Of a DNA stretch of 64,000 bases, positions 30,935-42,211 are shown in pieces. Under the pieces are notes generated by a model. It did not search any database. It was not told the origin of the DNA and saw nothing but the letters and a program-made list of their open reading frames with translations. Origin of the DNA: Candidatus Poribacteria bacterium (GTDB lineage: Bacteria > Poribacteria > WGA-4E > WGA-3G). How positions within the stretch are numbered: the stretch's first letter is position 1; each line of letters begins with the position of its first letter. Location of the stretch: assembly GCA_964291315.2 (NCBI GenBank), contig OZ219753.1, positions 1,632,001-1,696,000 of the forward strand. The letters run 5' to 3'. Both the position numbers and the translations under genes were made by a program.

Positions 30935-32134
30935 TTATTTCAGCTGGCTGACGACGTAGTGCATAATATTCTCCATCAATTTTTTGTTCATAGCAGTTGT
31001 ATATTGGCTGTCGTTGCGCAGACTGGTAATAACATATAGCCCGTTGCCATGTCGTCTTGCACCGATAACTAATTCCTTTTTATTTTCGGTGGTCGCGAAA
31101 ATTTGATCGCTCCGGCTCCAGTCGGTCCAGGTATCATCTATAAAGATTTTGTCTGCCCCGATCTCGTTCGGCGTAGAGAAAAGAGAGGTACCTTTTGGGG
31201 TAACGATGAACTTCTGGGTTGGCGGGCTTTCAACGCCTTTTAATTTACCTTGTAGCCATCCCGTTCTACACGGCTTTTCATCGCTGCTGTCCTGACCCGC
31301 GACGACAACGATGCCGCCGTCTTTTACAAAGGTTTTTATCTTTTTTTCCGTTTCACTCGAAAGGAGGTAGAATCCGGAACTTGAGATCTCCTCATATCCG
31401 ATCCACAAAACATCCGCGTTTTCTAATTGAGGCAGCGTATGCGATCTAGTGAGTTCATACGCTGCACTCCGTTTTCCGATCTCTTTTATGGATCGTAATG
31501 CTTGATACTCATATGTTGCGGTGTTCGTAGGAACACGTGTCTGGCTGCGAGTTGGATGTGTGCTGTTTGCCGTTAAAACTAAAACCTTCACTGCATCTTT
31601 CGGCGCGTCAACCCACATTTTACCATCTAGTATGTCGAGAACAATCTTTTGGAACGCCTCTGTTTTACCGTTAAACGTCCTAGACATCATCGGGTCAATG
31701 TGTGTAAAGGCCCACCAAGAACCACCGTATCCGCCTCTTCTATAGGAACGCATCTGAAACCAGGTGTTGTCGATAAAACACATGCTATCAATACCGTAAT
31801 GTTCGCGGTAAAAGACGATCATCGGCATCCCCGGTTCAAGTAGATTTATCATCTTTTGTGGCGAGGTGCCTTGTCTGTAATGTCCAGTGGCGAAGTTCAT
31901 TTTGATTTCTTCAAGATCGCTTTGCCCTTTGACCTCTTTCTTAATAGTAACAACGCCCCGCAATCGTCTTTTATCAACGCTTTTCACTTCTCCGAAGACG
32001 ACGTTTGTGCAGGCATCCACAACTTCGCGAATTGTATATTCTCGCTCAATAAATGCCGATAGAGACGGCGTGAAAAGTAGACCGATAAAACAACACGCCA
32101 ATAGTGATGTAATGAGGTTGGTTGTAGAACGCAT
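30935..32134 (-). CDS. secreted hypothetical protein (C-terminal GATase-like fold possible)
   Basis: Signal peptide ending SLSA; 399-aa ORF. Confidence 0.65.
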   Translation of the reverse strand: MRSTTNLITSLLACCFIGLLFTPSLSAFIEREYTIREVVDACTNVVFGEVKSVDKRRLRGVVTIKKEVKGQSDLEEIKMNFATGHYRQGTSPQKMINLLEPGMPMIVFYREHYGIDSMCFIDNTWFQMRSYRRGGYGGSWWAFTHIDPMMSRTFNGKTEAFQKIVLDILDGKMWVDAPKDAVKVLVLTANSTHPTRSQTRVPTNTATYEYQALRSIKEIGKRSAAYELTRSHTLPQLENADVLWIGYEEISSSGFYLLSSETEKKIKTFVKDGGIVVVAGQDSSDEKPCRTGWLQGKLKGVESPPTQKFIVTPKGTSLFSTPNEIGADKIFIDDTWTDWSRSDQIFATTENKKELVIGARRHGNGLYVITSLRNDSQYTTAMNKKLMENIMHYVVSQLK

Positions 32135-32271
32135 GGCGAAATCCCCTTTAAATCTCGGAAACGTAGTTAATGAACCACGCTCTGTTTTAGATAGATCTCT
32201 ATTTTTTAATTAATAACATTGTATTATACCCCGTTGAATTTTCCAATAACTTTTTTATTTTCTCTACGCTT

Positions 32272-33906
32272 ATGTTAAAACTGAAACCGCTGTCTCGTTC
32301 ACAATGCACACCTGCGAAAGTCTTTGATACCGCAACTTATATCGGATTCTTAATCTTCGTTTTAGCCCTGCCCTTCGGTTACTCAACAACGTTCCTTAAC
32401 ATCGGACTCTCACTTGTACTATTTGGATGGTTGGGGCGAATGGTTTCGGAACGAAAACTCGGTTGGCTCCGGACACCGCTCGACCTGCCCATTGCCCTGT
32501 TTTTAGGCTTGGCGTTAATAGCGTCTCTCTTTGCACCGCACCCTTCTACGAGCAGCCTCGGGTACTTTTGGAAGTTCCTTCGAGCAATACTGCTTTTCTA
32601 TGCTGTCGTTCACAGCCGTTTGGCAACTCGGTGGCGCCAGGTCGTGATCGCTTTTATCGCCGCTGCAGGTATCTCTTCTGCACTTGGACTCTGGTATTAC
32701 ACAAACGATACGCGCTTAGCACTCGACTTTATGGGACAAATTGGGTTGGAGTTTCAAGAGGAATTCGCTGCAGGCGATCGGTTTTCCGACGCGTTACGCG
32801 CTGAACTTCGTAAATGTAACGTCCCTCTTTCCGAGACCGCGTTCCATGTAACGCACAAAACACCTTCAACGCAATCCAACGGGCCCATAGCCTCCTCCAA
32901 CGTATCGAGTAAAGTATGGCGGATTGACGATCCAGCAAGAGATAGACGCTACACAGTTTCTAAAGGTGAAACCCACCTTATGGTCTATATGATTGAACAA
33001 CGACTCACCGGGACTTTCAAGATGCCAAACGACCTTGGAGCATACCTTGCTCTCAGTCTTCCATTTGTCATGGGTTACTTTGTAGCTGGCATTAGGTTCA
33101 GTTTCCAAAGTTTGACTCGCCGCTCAAAACCGGCAATGACAGATCACCGATCGAGGTTTTGCACGATATGCACAACTCTCCTAATTGGAGTGAGCTTGCT
33201 CTTGATGAGTATGAATCTTATATTGACCTTGACTCGCGCCGCTTGGGTAAGTGTTACCCTTGCTTCTGTTTTCATCGTCTGTTATCTCGTCTTTAGGGAG
33301 CTATCTGCGGTTCTTTCGTGGAAGCGATGCCTATTCACATTGGCTTTAATAGGTGTTCTTTTCTGTGTGCTACTTCTGAATACCGACACCCGACAGACCA
33401 TAAATGACACGGTTCCACAACATATCAGGGCACGATTTCAGACCATGATTACGCATCCTGCGGGATTCATGGGGGAACGACCACAGTGGTGGAGAATGTC
33501 GCTCCAATTCATCCAGCAGTATCCTCTCACCGGAATCGGGTTGGGCAGATTCCGCTATGAATATCGATTAAATGGACCACTCGAACAATACGATACCCCG
33601 TATCACGCACATAATATCTATTTGCACATCGCCGTTGAACACGGGATTCCATCCCTTTTGCTGTTCTTGTGGATAGTTGTGATCCTCTGCCGATCGGCAT
33701 TTGCCGAGTACCGGTCAAACGATTTTTGGAAAATGGGAACCTGTATCGGTGGGAGCGGTTTTCTAATCTCCGCACTTGTCTACGGACTCGCAGATAATAT
33801 TTTACATCAACGCACAGTCTTGCTTTTCTGGTTTATTATTGGCATAATATTTTATTCGAAATTATTGAAGGACGAACAACATGAAGAAACCTTGGAAACC
33901 AGTTGA
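32272..33906 (+). CDS. O-antigen ligase (Wzy_C) family protein
   Basis: Multiple TMs, LTLTRAAW, PLTGIGLG, HAHNIYL. Confidence 0.85.
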   Translation: MLKLKPLSRSQCTPAKVFDTATYIGFLIFVLALPFGYSTTFLNIGLSLVLFGWLGRMVSERKLGWLRTPLDLPIALFLGLALIASLFAPHPSTSSLGYFWKFLRAILLFYAVVHSRLATRWRQVVIAFIAAAGISSALGLWYYTNDTRLALDFMGQIGLEFQEEFAAGDRFSDALRAELRKCNVPLSETAFHVTHKTPSTQSNGPIASSNVSSKVWRIDDPARDRRYTVSKGETHLMVYMIEQRLTGTFKMPNDLGAYLALSLPFVMGYFVAGIRFSFQSLTRRSKPAMTDHRSRFCTICTTLLIGVSLLLMSMNLILTLTRAAWVSVTLASVFIVCYLVFRELSAVLSWKRCLFTLALIGVLFCVLLLNTDTRQTINDTVPQHIRARFQTMITHPAGFMGERPQWWRMSLQFIQQYPLTGIGLGRFRYEYRLNGPLEQYDTPYHAHNIYLHIAVEHGIPSLLLFLWIVVILCRSAFAEYRSNDFWKMGTCIGGSGFLISALVYGLADNILHQRTVLLFWFIIGIIFYSKLLKDEQHEETLETS

Positions 33907-34828
33907 TATGTCTTCTGTGAAAACGTACCCGCTTCAGGAGCGTATCAACAAAGTCTCAGTTCACGATTTTGCGACAGTGCCGGAATCAGAGGTGCCCCTT
34001 TCCGTTTTTTTAGCCAGCCTTCCCAACATTCTCAAAGGAGCAGATTTCTTGGCACTTGTTGACGATATCGTTGAAGCGTACCACAACCAAAAACCGGTCA
34101 TCGTGATGATGGGCGGACATGTGATCAAGTGCGGTTTGAGCTCCCTCTTAATCGCTTTGGCAGAATGTGGGGTGATTACCGGATTCGCCTTTAACGGGGC
34201 AAGTAGTATCCATGATTTCGAGATTGCCCTCATCGGGGAGACTTCGGAAGATGTCTCCATTTATCTCCAGACCGGGCAATTCGGAATGTGGGAGGAGACC
34301 GGACGCTTGATGAACACCGCAATCCAACACGCTGCGGATACACGGATCGGAATGGGCGAAGCATTGGGCCAGCAGCTACTAGAGTTGGGAGCCCCTTATA
34401 CCCCGTACAGCCTCCTTGCCACAGGAGTCCAATACGGTGTACCGATCACAGTGCACGTTGCCGTCGGTACCGATATTATTCATCAGCACCCTGCAGCGAA
34501 CGGCGGGGCTATCGGAGAGGCCAGTTTCACCGACTTCCGCCTATTAACGGCATTGGTAAAGGAGTTGGAAGGCGGGGGTGTCGTGCTAAATCTGGGATCA
34601 GCTGTGATTCTGCCAGAGGCCTTCTTGAAAGCACTCACGATTGCGCGAAACCTCGGACATACGGTATCCCATTTCACAGCTGCCAATTTCGACATGCATC
34701 AACAGTACCGCCCCCTGGAGAATGTGGTCAGACGCCCAACGGAGATGGGGGGCAAAGGCTATACATTCATCGGACATCATGAATTGATGATTCCTCTTCT
34801 GGTGCAGGCAATTATGGCGCGCTTGTGA
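33881..34828 (+). CDS. deoxyhypusine-synthase-like (DHS-like NAD/FAD-binding fold) protein
   Basis: MGGHVIKCG, HDFE.A..GETSEDV, VHVAVGTDIIH, GSAVILPE. Confidence 0.65.
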   Translation: MKKPWKPVDMSSVKTYPLQERINKVSVHDFATVPESEVPLSVFLASLPNILKGADFLALVDDIVEAYHNQKPVIVMMGGHVIKCGLSSLLIALAECGVITGFAFNGASSIHDFEIALIGETSEDVSIYLQTGQFGMWEETGRLMNTAIQHAADTRIGMGEALGQQLLELGAPYTPYSLLATGVQYGVPITVHVAVGTDIIHQHPAANGGAIGEASFTDFRLLTALVKELEGGGVVLNLGSAVILPEAFLKALTIARNLGHTVSHFTAANFDMHQQYRPLENVVRRPTEMGGKGYTFIGHHELMIPLLVQAIMARL

Positions 34829-34838
34829 GGAGAGTCGT

Positions 34839-35387
34839 TCACCCTTTTTGAAGGATCAGATCGCTGTAGGAAACTGCAACCGGGTCAGTAATATCGAGGT
34901 GAAGTGCAGTTTTAACGTGTTGATGTTCTGTTATGGCTTCAGTTTCGCTTTGTCCCTGGAACACCGTCTCCAATTCAACAAATTGTCCCAAATCAGCAAC
35001 CGTATCGAGATGGATACGCGTGTGTTTGAACATCCACACCTGGCGTTGTTTTTCTACGACTGTTTTAACGCCCAGCGCGGCGGTTAGCAATGCCTTGAAC
35101 GTTAACGGATCATCAATCTGGCAGAGCTGGTACTGACTGTAGCGCGAGGTGTCTTGATTCGGACGTTCGTAATAGATAAGCCAAGCCTCAGCTATCCCCT
35201 CAACTTCACGCAGCTTAAGACGAGGTTGACACGTTTCTGATATTGACGCGTTTTTTGCCGACTCCAGATAAAAATATGTATCCGTTTGACGGACAGTTTC
35301 ACGATGTGACGCATTTAAATCGCTCAACCTCGGGTAGAAACTATTAAGCGACACACACCGTGCCTTGAATTCTAAGTTTGTTGCCAT
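34839..35387 (-). CDS. CYTH domain protein (class IV adenylate cyclase-like)
   Basis: NLEFKAR, QTDTYF, LKLRE, RIHLD.V..LG.FVELE, SYSDL. Confidence 0.88.
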   Translation of the reverse strand: MATNLEFKARCVSLNSFYPRLSDLNASHRETVRQTDTYFYLESAKNASISETCQPRLKLREVEGIAEAWLIYYERPNQDTSRYSQYQLCQIDDPLTFKALLTAALGVKTVVEKQRQVWMFKHTRIHLDTVADLGQFVELETVFQGQSETEAITEHQHVKTALHLDITDPVAVSYSDLILQKG

Positions 35388-35512
35388 ATCTTGGTCAGAT
35401 GTAAGTCGTCTATTTTTTGTTTTACGTTGAAGTCGGTAACCGGCAATGTGGGTTTAACGCTCTGACTGTTTCAATCTTTGCTGCGGTGTAGTGTGGACAT
35501 CAATGCGGCACT

Positions 35513-36112
35513 TCATCCGATATCCGTAATATCCTCATCGGGCTCGAAACCGTCGATGCATGAACGGTTGCAACGTTCTCCATGTGATAACAGCCAACAG
35601 ACCTCATGCTTTAATTTCACGGAACTCATCAAACACGTACGTAACTGCTCCGTATCGAAATCGTGCCCTATGAGGAAACTATAGCTGCCCGCCTTCATCG
35701 CCTCACGCGCGCGTCTGGCGTTAGGCACAATTGCAATGATCTTGACATCGGGTTGATACCTATTGATATATTTGAAGAGTCGCTGTCGATATCGACGGAT
35801 ACAGTCGGCAATTACTATCCGGTACTTCAATAATTTCAACATACCGATGGCTTCCAAGGTTCGCTCGGGAATATCACACCCGTAACCTTCAGAGTAGAGG
35901 AGACGTCTGACTTTGTCACGGAGATTGGCATCCCGCGAAACCACCATCATATCGCCTTGCAATTCAGATATCCCGAAATCTTCCTGAATATCGAGGGGGA
36001 TGAGGGCTTCTTCCACTTGTCTATTAAGGTGCCTGCGGGCTTGTCTCATCCGGCGATTCACGCGATCAAGTCTGTCGTCTAAGTCTGGAAGTGGCTTAAA
36101 AACTTTTCGCAT
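35513..36112 (-). CDS. atypical receiver-like domain protein
   Basis: REC-like pattern (IVIAD...IIAI...AMKAGSYSFL) lacking the acidic pocket and conserved Lys-Pro. Confidence 0.55.
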   Translation of the reverse strand: MRKVFKPLPDLDDRLDRVNRRMRQARRHLNRQVEEALIPLDIQEDFGISELQGDMMVVSRDANLRDKVRRLLYSEGYGCDIPERTLEAIGMLKLLKYRIVIADCIRRYRQRLFKYINRYQPDVKIIAIVPNARRAREAMKAGSYSFLIGHDFDTEQLRTCLMSSVKLKHEVCWLLSHGERCNRSCIDGFEPDEDITDIG

Positions 36113-36286
36113 TTTTTATAGTGAGGGTCTTCTCCATGAAAAGCGCTAACGAATCATTATACTCTATTTTATTGTATAGTTATGGCAGATGTCAAGTGAT
36201 TTTTGTTGATAAAAACCGCTGCATGTGAAACCAAGTTCAACGAATAATACGGGTTTGCTTCCTGCTTAAAATTAGATGGTTGATCT

Positions 36287-36982
36287 TTACCCATTTTCAA
36301 TCCTGCTTTGTGAAATTTTCACATAATGAGCGTCTATATCGCAACCAGCAAACCTTCGGGAATTTCTAACCGCGGCGACCCCGGTAGTGCCTGCTCCAAG
36401 AAATGGATCTACAACAAGATCACCCGGATTGCTATGTTTGTTCACTAACGCCTCAAATAAAGGTAACGGCTTTTGTGTCGGATGGCGTCTTTTACCTTTA
36501 TGACGAGGAATCGGATATTCATAGATGCCAGCGTCGTATTTACTATTAAAAGTAGGCTTGCCAACTTTTACAGCGCCGACAGCCACTTCTCGACTGTTGG
36601 AAAGATACGTTGAGCGCATATTTAATGGAACAGGGTTGGTCTTTTGCCATACAATCAGACGGATCATTTTGAATCCAGCTGCTTCCATTGATTCTTTGAC
36701 TTTGCCTATCTTCCAAATATCATACCATACAATAGCCGTTCCGCCACGGCGCAGGGATTTGTAAAATAGGTTTGCCATATCGTCAAGATTTATCTCAACG
36801 TGATCCCATGTGCCAAAGTCCATACTCACTGCAAATTTCTTTTCACCGTTCACGACTGACGAAAATCCTGTCTTTTTGCTAATACAATACGGCGGGTCTG
36901 TTAAGATAAGGTCCGCTGATCCATTAGGGAGCGAACTCATAAAATCCCTATAATCAGACACCTTAATAGCATATTCAGTCAT
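36287..36982 (-). CDS. orphan beta-class DNA methyltransferase (N6A/N4C)
   Basis: LILTDPPY, HPTQKP, DPFLGAGTT; visibly AT-richer than flanks. Confidence 0.92.
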   Translation of the reverse strand: MTEYAIKVSDYRDFMSSLPNGSADLILTDPPYCISKKTGFSSVVNGEKKFAVSMDFGTWDHVEINLDDMANLFYKSLRRGGTAIVWYDIWKIGKVKESMEAAGFKMIRLIVWQKTNPVPLNMRSTYLSNSREVAVGAVKVGKPTFNSKYDAGIYEYPIPRHKGKRRHPTQKPLPLFEALVNKHSNPGDLVVDPFLGAGTTGVAAVRNSRRFAGCDIDAHYVKISQSRIENG

Positions 36983-37389
36983 CCCTAGTCTCTAGTTAGT
37001 GGCGTTGTGTGTCGTGATTGATAACGCGGGTGTTGACAATACCCAGCACACTTGTGAAACAGTCAGGTCTCTCGATCGTGTTCGGATGTGTTTCACTACC
37101 CGTGCCCTGCTCTTTGTAGTTGATCACTGTGCGCTGGGTCGCTTTAAGACGTTGCATTTTTCCGATAAATTTTGGTATAATATCCAAATAAGACACGGTC
37201 GAAAAAAGTGACCCATTTTGCGGTTTCAAATGGGAGGGTTGCCTTCTCCCAATTTCCTATCCATACCATATCATTTTTTTCTGTTTTTAATCAAGAGAAA
37301 CGTCAACAATAGGAAAACTGACAACAAATAGAGATATTAAAAGTAGGGACTATCGAGATTAATACTTGCAGTGAAATAGGAGCGACACT

Positions 37390-38424
37390 ATGTCCATACC
37401 ACAACTTCCGCTCCCCCCACATTTTGATGCGGATCAGGTAGACAAGGTCTGGCGGGTTCCGTATCAAGAACGTCAACATGAAGCAAGAATTTGGGCGGAG
37501 AAACACGCGATACGCCCAGCATCGGAAGATAATTTTCGGACGTTCCTGCTGCTCGTTGATGTCCAAAATACATTTTGTATTCCAGGCTACGAGCTTTTCG
37601 TCGGCGGTCAGTCCGGAAGTGGCGCAGTAGAAGACAACATTCGTTTGTGTCAGTTCATCTATCACAACCTACCGCGTATTACCAAAATCGCTTGTACCTT
37701 GGACACACATACGGCGATGCAAATATTTCATGAAGTTTTCTGGATTAATGATGCCGGTGAACATCCGTTACCGCTGCATACCGTGATTACACAAGCAGAC
37801 ATTGAGGCAGGCAGATGGCGGGTTAACCCTGCGGTCGCGGAAAGCCTGATCGGAGCTAAAGATCGGTATGAGTGGTTGAAGCGATACAGTGAGCACTATG
37901 TCAAAACACTCACAGCGGATGGAAAATATCCGTTGGCGATATGGCCCTACCACGCAATGCTCGGTGGGATTGGGCATGCCGTCGTCTCCGCTGTTGAGGA
38001 AGCCTGTTTCTTTCATACCATCGCTCGTAAGACGCAGCTACACTACGAAATTAAAGGGGCAAATCCGTTGACTGAAAACTATTCGGTTCTGCGTCCGGAA
38101 GTTCTTAAAGACGTTGAAGGGAAACCCGTCGCCCAGAAGAACAGCGGTTTTCTGCAAATGCTCCTCGAATACGATAGGGTGATTATCGCTGGACAGGCCA
38201 AAAGCCACTGCGTCGCATGGACAGTTAACGATCTACTTGAGGAAATTCAGAAGACCGACATGGCGTTAGCAAAGAAAATCTATCTCGTGGATGATCTAAC
38301 TTCGCCCGTTGTCGTGCCAGGTATAGTGGATTATACCGAACCTGCGAACCTCGCGTTTGCTAAGGTTGCAGACGCAGGAATGCACGTGGTGGAATCAACA
38401 GAACCTATACAGAATTGGGGCTGA
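37390..38424 (+). CDS. isochorismatase/nicotinamidase family cysteine hydrolase
   Basis: LLVDVQNTFC, TLDTH, WPYHA, AGQAKSHCV. Confidence 0.85.
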   Translation: MSIPQLPLPPHFDADQVDKVWRVPYQERQHEARIWAEKHAIRPASEDNFRTFLLLVDVQNTFCIPGYELFVGGQSGSGAVEDNIRLCQFIYHNLPRITKIACTLDTHTAMQIFHEVFWINDAGEHPLPLHTVITQADIEAGRWRVNPAVAESLIGAKDRYEWLKRYSEHYVKTLTADGKYPLAIWPYHAMLGGIGHAVVSAVEEACFFHTIARKTQLHYEIKGANPLTENYSVLRPEVLKDVEGKPVAQKNSGFLQMLLEYDRVIIAGQAKSHCVAWTVNDLLEEIQKTDMALAKKIYLVDDLTSPVVVPGIVDYTEPANLAFAKVADAGMHVVESTEPIQNWG

Positions 38425-38623
38425 ATAGGACAGGTATCCCCTACGCAGAATAGACAAACGGGATTCCGAACCTACGTCCGTTTCTACTATGGGGCAATCA
38501 GATGAATTTGGCAACCTCAGTAACTCCGTTGAGAATGCTTCGTTTGCTATGGATTGGGCATGTGAGCTGGTATTTTTGTTCCAGGAACTTCGCGATCAAT
38601 ACGCTCACTGGTGAGGGGCCCTG

Positions 38624-41380
38624 ATGTTTGATTTTCGTTCCCCCTTTTTCTTACTCCTGCTTGCTGCAATTCCAGTGTTGATCTTTGTGCAGCGACAGGC
38701 ACACCGAGGTGCAGCTTCGCCCCGCTGGCGCGGGGCTGGCATCAGAAAAAAAGCGATCTTTTCCCTCCGGTGTGCAGCGCTTTTATGTGCAATTCTCGCC
38801 TTAGCCGACCTGCACCGAACCTACCAGCAACAGCGACTTGCAGTCGCTTTTCTGATTGATACCTCCGAAAGTATTGCGTCTACAGCGCACGAAAAAGCAT
38901 TGGAAAAGATAAACGCCGCTATCGCAGAATTGAAAACTACCGACCGGTTTGGTATCATTCGTTTCGCGAGGGAAACCTCTATCCTGCGAGAAATTCGCCC
39001 AAAGCAAGATTTTTCACTAGAGGACGAGGCAAAACAGGTTTTGGAAACGCTCACGGAACACACGCTTGGACGAGACGGAACAGATGTACTCACAGCAGTC
39101 AAAAATGCTATCAGAATTTTGCCTGATAATTACCACAAGCGGATCGTACTGTTTAGCGATGGAACGCATAACGCCGGTGGGACTCCCCTCAAAGACTATC
39201 TGCCTTTGTTCTCAGCAAGCGGTGTCGAAATATTAACGATACCGCTCGATACCATCAAAGACGCTGTCCGGGTCGTGCAACTGCAGCTTCCCACGCGGGT
39301 CCGGAAAGCACAACGTTTTGGAATCGATGCCGTGATCGAAACCGATGGCAGCATCCCCAGCCTAAATGCTGCTCTTTATCGTGAAGACAGGCTCATCGCT
39401 GAATTTGAATGGCAGCTGCCAAGCGGCAGACACGTTCGCCCTTTATTGACACAACAGATCTCGGAAGAAGGTATCCATGCATATCGCCTGAAGTTGAACT
39501 TAATCGATGAGATTCCAGAAAATAATCAAGCGGATGCCGTTGTGCAAATTCGGGATAAGCCGCAAGTTTCCGTGTACACAGAAAGGAACTTGGCAGATAT
39601 TTCGCAGCTTAAAACTGTTCTTGAGGAAAATGGTTTTGACGTTGAGGTGCTATCGCCTATAGAGATGCCAACAGAGCTCGTAGCACTCCAACGTAGCGAT
39701 GTGCTTATTTTAAGCAACGTTCCTGCACATTCGCTTTCATCTGAACAACGACAACAGATCGAGAATTACGTTCGGGACCTCGGGCACGGGTTAGTCGTGA
39801 CCGGCGGGCGGCGCGCCTACGGACCCGGCGGCTATACGGATACGGCGTTGGAACGTGTGCTTCCCGTGGAAATGACTCCGCGTGAACGAAAAGACGCTGT
39901 CGCTATTGTCTTCGTGTTGGATACATCGGGTAGTATGGCAAACTACGTTGGCCCCCGACAGAAAATTCAACTCGCTATTGAAGGTGTGCATACAGGTATC
40001 CGCAACCTTGACAAAGCAGATATGGCTGGCATCCTCAGCTTCAACACCGACATCCATCGGATTTCTGATCTGACTTCCGAACATGACTCGCTTATTTCTG
40101 CTGTCCGTAAACTCCGTCCAACAGGGGGTACCACAAAGATGAAAGAGGCTACCGAAACCGCATACGAGATGCTGAAAGCGAACGACGCAAAGCGGAAGCA
40201 CATCGTCCTCTTATCTGATGGGAAATCCGATGGGGCGGAATCCGCCTTTCTTGAATTGGCATCACAAATTGCTGAGGCACATATCAGTCTCACCACAATC
40301 GCAATAGGCGGTACTAAGAGACCGCTTCTCACGAAAGTCGCAGAGATCGGCGATGGACAGACTGTTTTCGTCCAGGACCTTCAGGACTTGCCATCGGTTC
40401 TAACAGAAGCCGTCCGACAGACGCGGCGTTACATCGTTCAAGAACCGTTTCAACCTGTTGTGCTTCCAAACGCTCCCATTTTCGAAGCCCTAGGCACCCC
40501 GCCGGAGCTTTACGGCTACGTTTCAACGACAGAGAAGGAGATCGCGCACGTCTTCATCCAGTCGCACAAAGAGGAACCCATCCTTGCAGGTTGGAATTTC
40601 GGATTAGGAACCGCCATTGCATGGACAGCGGACGTTCAACCGGTATGGTCGAAAGCGTGGATACCGTGGGAAAACTTTGGGAAATTTTGGGGAGGGGTTG
40701 TCAATTGGGTACTTCCAACAACCGACACGGAGGCCGACTTCGACCTCTCAGTATCGCTCCGCCACGGCGTGGCACAAGCCAGTATTGATACACGAACTGC
40801 ATCACAAGGATCGTACAAACTCCACGTCGTGGGACCGGACGGGACAAGCGAAGCCGTTGAAATGCAACAGCGGACCTCCACGCGTTACAGTAGTGAATTT
40901 CAGATACCCAACAGCGGCACCTACGTTGTTACTGCCCAACGTGAAGGCGATGGACGCAAACGCACGGAAGTTTTATCGCTCTCTTACCCGGCAGAATATG
41001 CCGAATTTGCGGTGGATACGCCTCTACTAAAGAGACTCGCCGCTGGTACCGGCGGCGTTTATGACCCCACACCGACTCAGATAGCGAGACCGGCGGGTAC
41101 ACCTATTCAAACACAAATATCCCTTGCGCGAGTCTTGTTGGTTGCTGCGACTCTCTCGTTTGTATTGGAGATGATTCTCCGACGCTTTCGCATAGTGAAC
41201 GGACATCTGACTGCGTTTTTTGAGCGACTGCGTGGAAATTCTAGTGTTGATAAACCTATAGGTGCTCAAGCCGGAAGGAAAACGGCGGGTTCTGTGTCCT
41301 TTGACGACAGGGCTCAATCGACACCCTCTGCGGAAGCCTCGATGAGTCGTCTCTTGGCTGCTAAAAGGCGAGCTCGTTGA
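38624..41380 (+). CDS. membrane-anchored VWA + glutamine-amidotransferase-like domain protein (BatA-type N-terminus)
   Basis: Two MIDAS motifs (IDTSES, LDTSGSM), SDG, YGPGGY..T.LE.VLPV, C-terminal TM. Confidence 0.85.
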   Translation: MFDFRSPFFLLLLAAIPVLIFVQRQAHRGAASPRWRGAGIRKKAIFSLRCAALLCAILALADLHRTYQQQRLAVAFLIDTSESIASTAHEKALEKINAAIAELKTTDRFGIIRFARETSILREIRPKQDFSLEDEAKQVLETLTEHTLGRDGTDVLTAVKNAIRILPDNYHKRIVLFSDGTHNAGGTPLKDYLPLFSASGVEILTIPLDTIKDAVRVVQLQLPTRVRKAQRFGIDAVIETDGSIPSLNAALYREDRLIAEFEWQLPSGRHVRPLLTQQISEEGIHAYRLKLNLIDEIPENNQADAVVQIRDKPQVSVYTERNLADISQLKTVLEENGFDVEVLSPIEMPTELVALQRSDVLILSNVPAHSLSSEQRQQIENYVRDLGHGLVVTGGRRAYGPGGYTDTALERVLPVEMTPRERKDAVAIVFVLDTSGSMANYVGPRQKIQLAIEGVHTGIRNLDKADMAGILSFNTDIHRISDLTSEHDSLISAVRKLRPTGGTTKMKEATETAYEMLKANDAKRKHIVLLSDGKSDGAESAFLELASQIAEAHISLTTIAIGGTKRPLLTKVAEIGDGQTVFVQDLQDLPSVLTEAVRQTRRYIVQEPFQPVVLPNAPIFEALGTPPELYGYVSTTEKEIAHVFIQSHKEEPILAGWNFGLGTAIAWTADVQPVWSKAWIPWENFGKFWGGVVNWVLPTTDTEADFDLSVSLRHGVAQASIDTRTASQGSYKLHVVGPDGTSEAVEMQQRTSTRYSSEFQIPNSGTYVVTAQREGDGRKRTEVLSLSYPAEYAEFAVDTPLLKRLAAGTGGVYDPTPTQIARPAGTPIQTQISLARVLLVAATLSFVLEMILRRFRIVNGHLTAFFERLRGNSSVDKPIGAQAGRKTAGSVSFDDRAQSTPSAEASMSRLLAAKRRAR

Positions 41381-41470
41381 CAATACGTGGTCAGCATATA
41401 CGGTTTTTGTTAGGAAGGTAAACTATTGAGATGTAGGTTAGATAAACTGAATTAGCAGCGCGGATTGCTT

Positions 41471-42211
41471 TCAGGATCTGATATCTGCTGAATTGAATTT
41501 GACGATTTCTTCCCAAAGTATATCCCCGTCAGCATCGCAAAAAGCTTTGATAAATTCTGCAGTAAACTTATTAACAACCTTAGCATACTCTTCCCTAAAC
41601 TGTTCATTTTTCTTGTCAGCTCGATGTCCCAAGGGTTCAATTATGTCAATGTAGAGATTGTCATCACCTGAAATAAACGCCCAAAATTGTTGTCCGCACA
41701 ATTTCAAATAATCGCCCTTATCTGGTTTCTGATCTCTTCCATAACAGCAACCATTAACAGCAACGACATTCGTCGATGATGCATTAGTTCTAAGGATTCG
41801 TTTAGCTTTCTTGAAGTTGTCCTTCAATTTTGCGACTTGGCTACTATTTCCCCAATTTGGCCCAGACTTGATTGATACAATATACCTTATATTATCTTTT
41901 TCAAATTCCAAATCAATTCCATCTGCTGCAGATTTTTGGCCACCGTATACCTGTGAAGAAATAAAAATGGCAAGTTCTTCTAGAAATCCGCCAAAGATTC
42001 CTTCCTCTTGTGAGGACAGAAAAGCGTCCAAAATAGCCGTTACAAATTCTGGCGCTGTGTTAACATTCTTTGCTTTGAATAGATAAGGGTTTTTCCGTTT
42101 GACGACATCCATCAGTTTTAATTTCTGGAGTTTATCTAATCGCTTCTGGTGAAAACTTTGGATATTCGCTTCAACATAATTAGTGATCTCTTTTGGGGTG
42201 ATAGGTTTCAT
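41471..42211 (-). CDS. type II restriction endonuclease, PmeII/EcoO109I-like
   Basis: RKNPYLF, SSQEEG.FG.FLE.LA, GIDLEF...SIKSGPNWGN, GCCYG; coupled to an MTase. Confidence 0.82.
   Translation of the reverse strand: MKPITPKEITNYVEANIQSFHQKRLDKLQKLKLMDVVKRKNPYLFKAKNVNTAPEFVTAILDAFLSSQEEGIFGGFLEELAIFISSQVYGGQKSAADGIDLEFEKDNIRYIVSIKSGPNWGNSSQVAKLKDNFKKAKRILRTNASSTNVVAVNGCCYGRDQKPDKGDYLKLCGQQFWAFISGDDNLYIDIIEPLGHRADKKNEQFREEYAKVVNKFTAEFIKAFCDADGDILWEEIVKFNSADIRS

Noticed and set aside
36996-37229. Cognate endonuclease or controller upstream of the orphan MTase
   Set aside because: No recognisable motif in any frame I read
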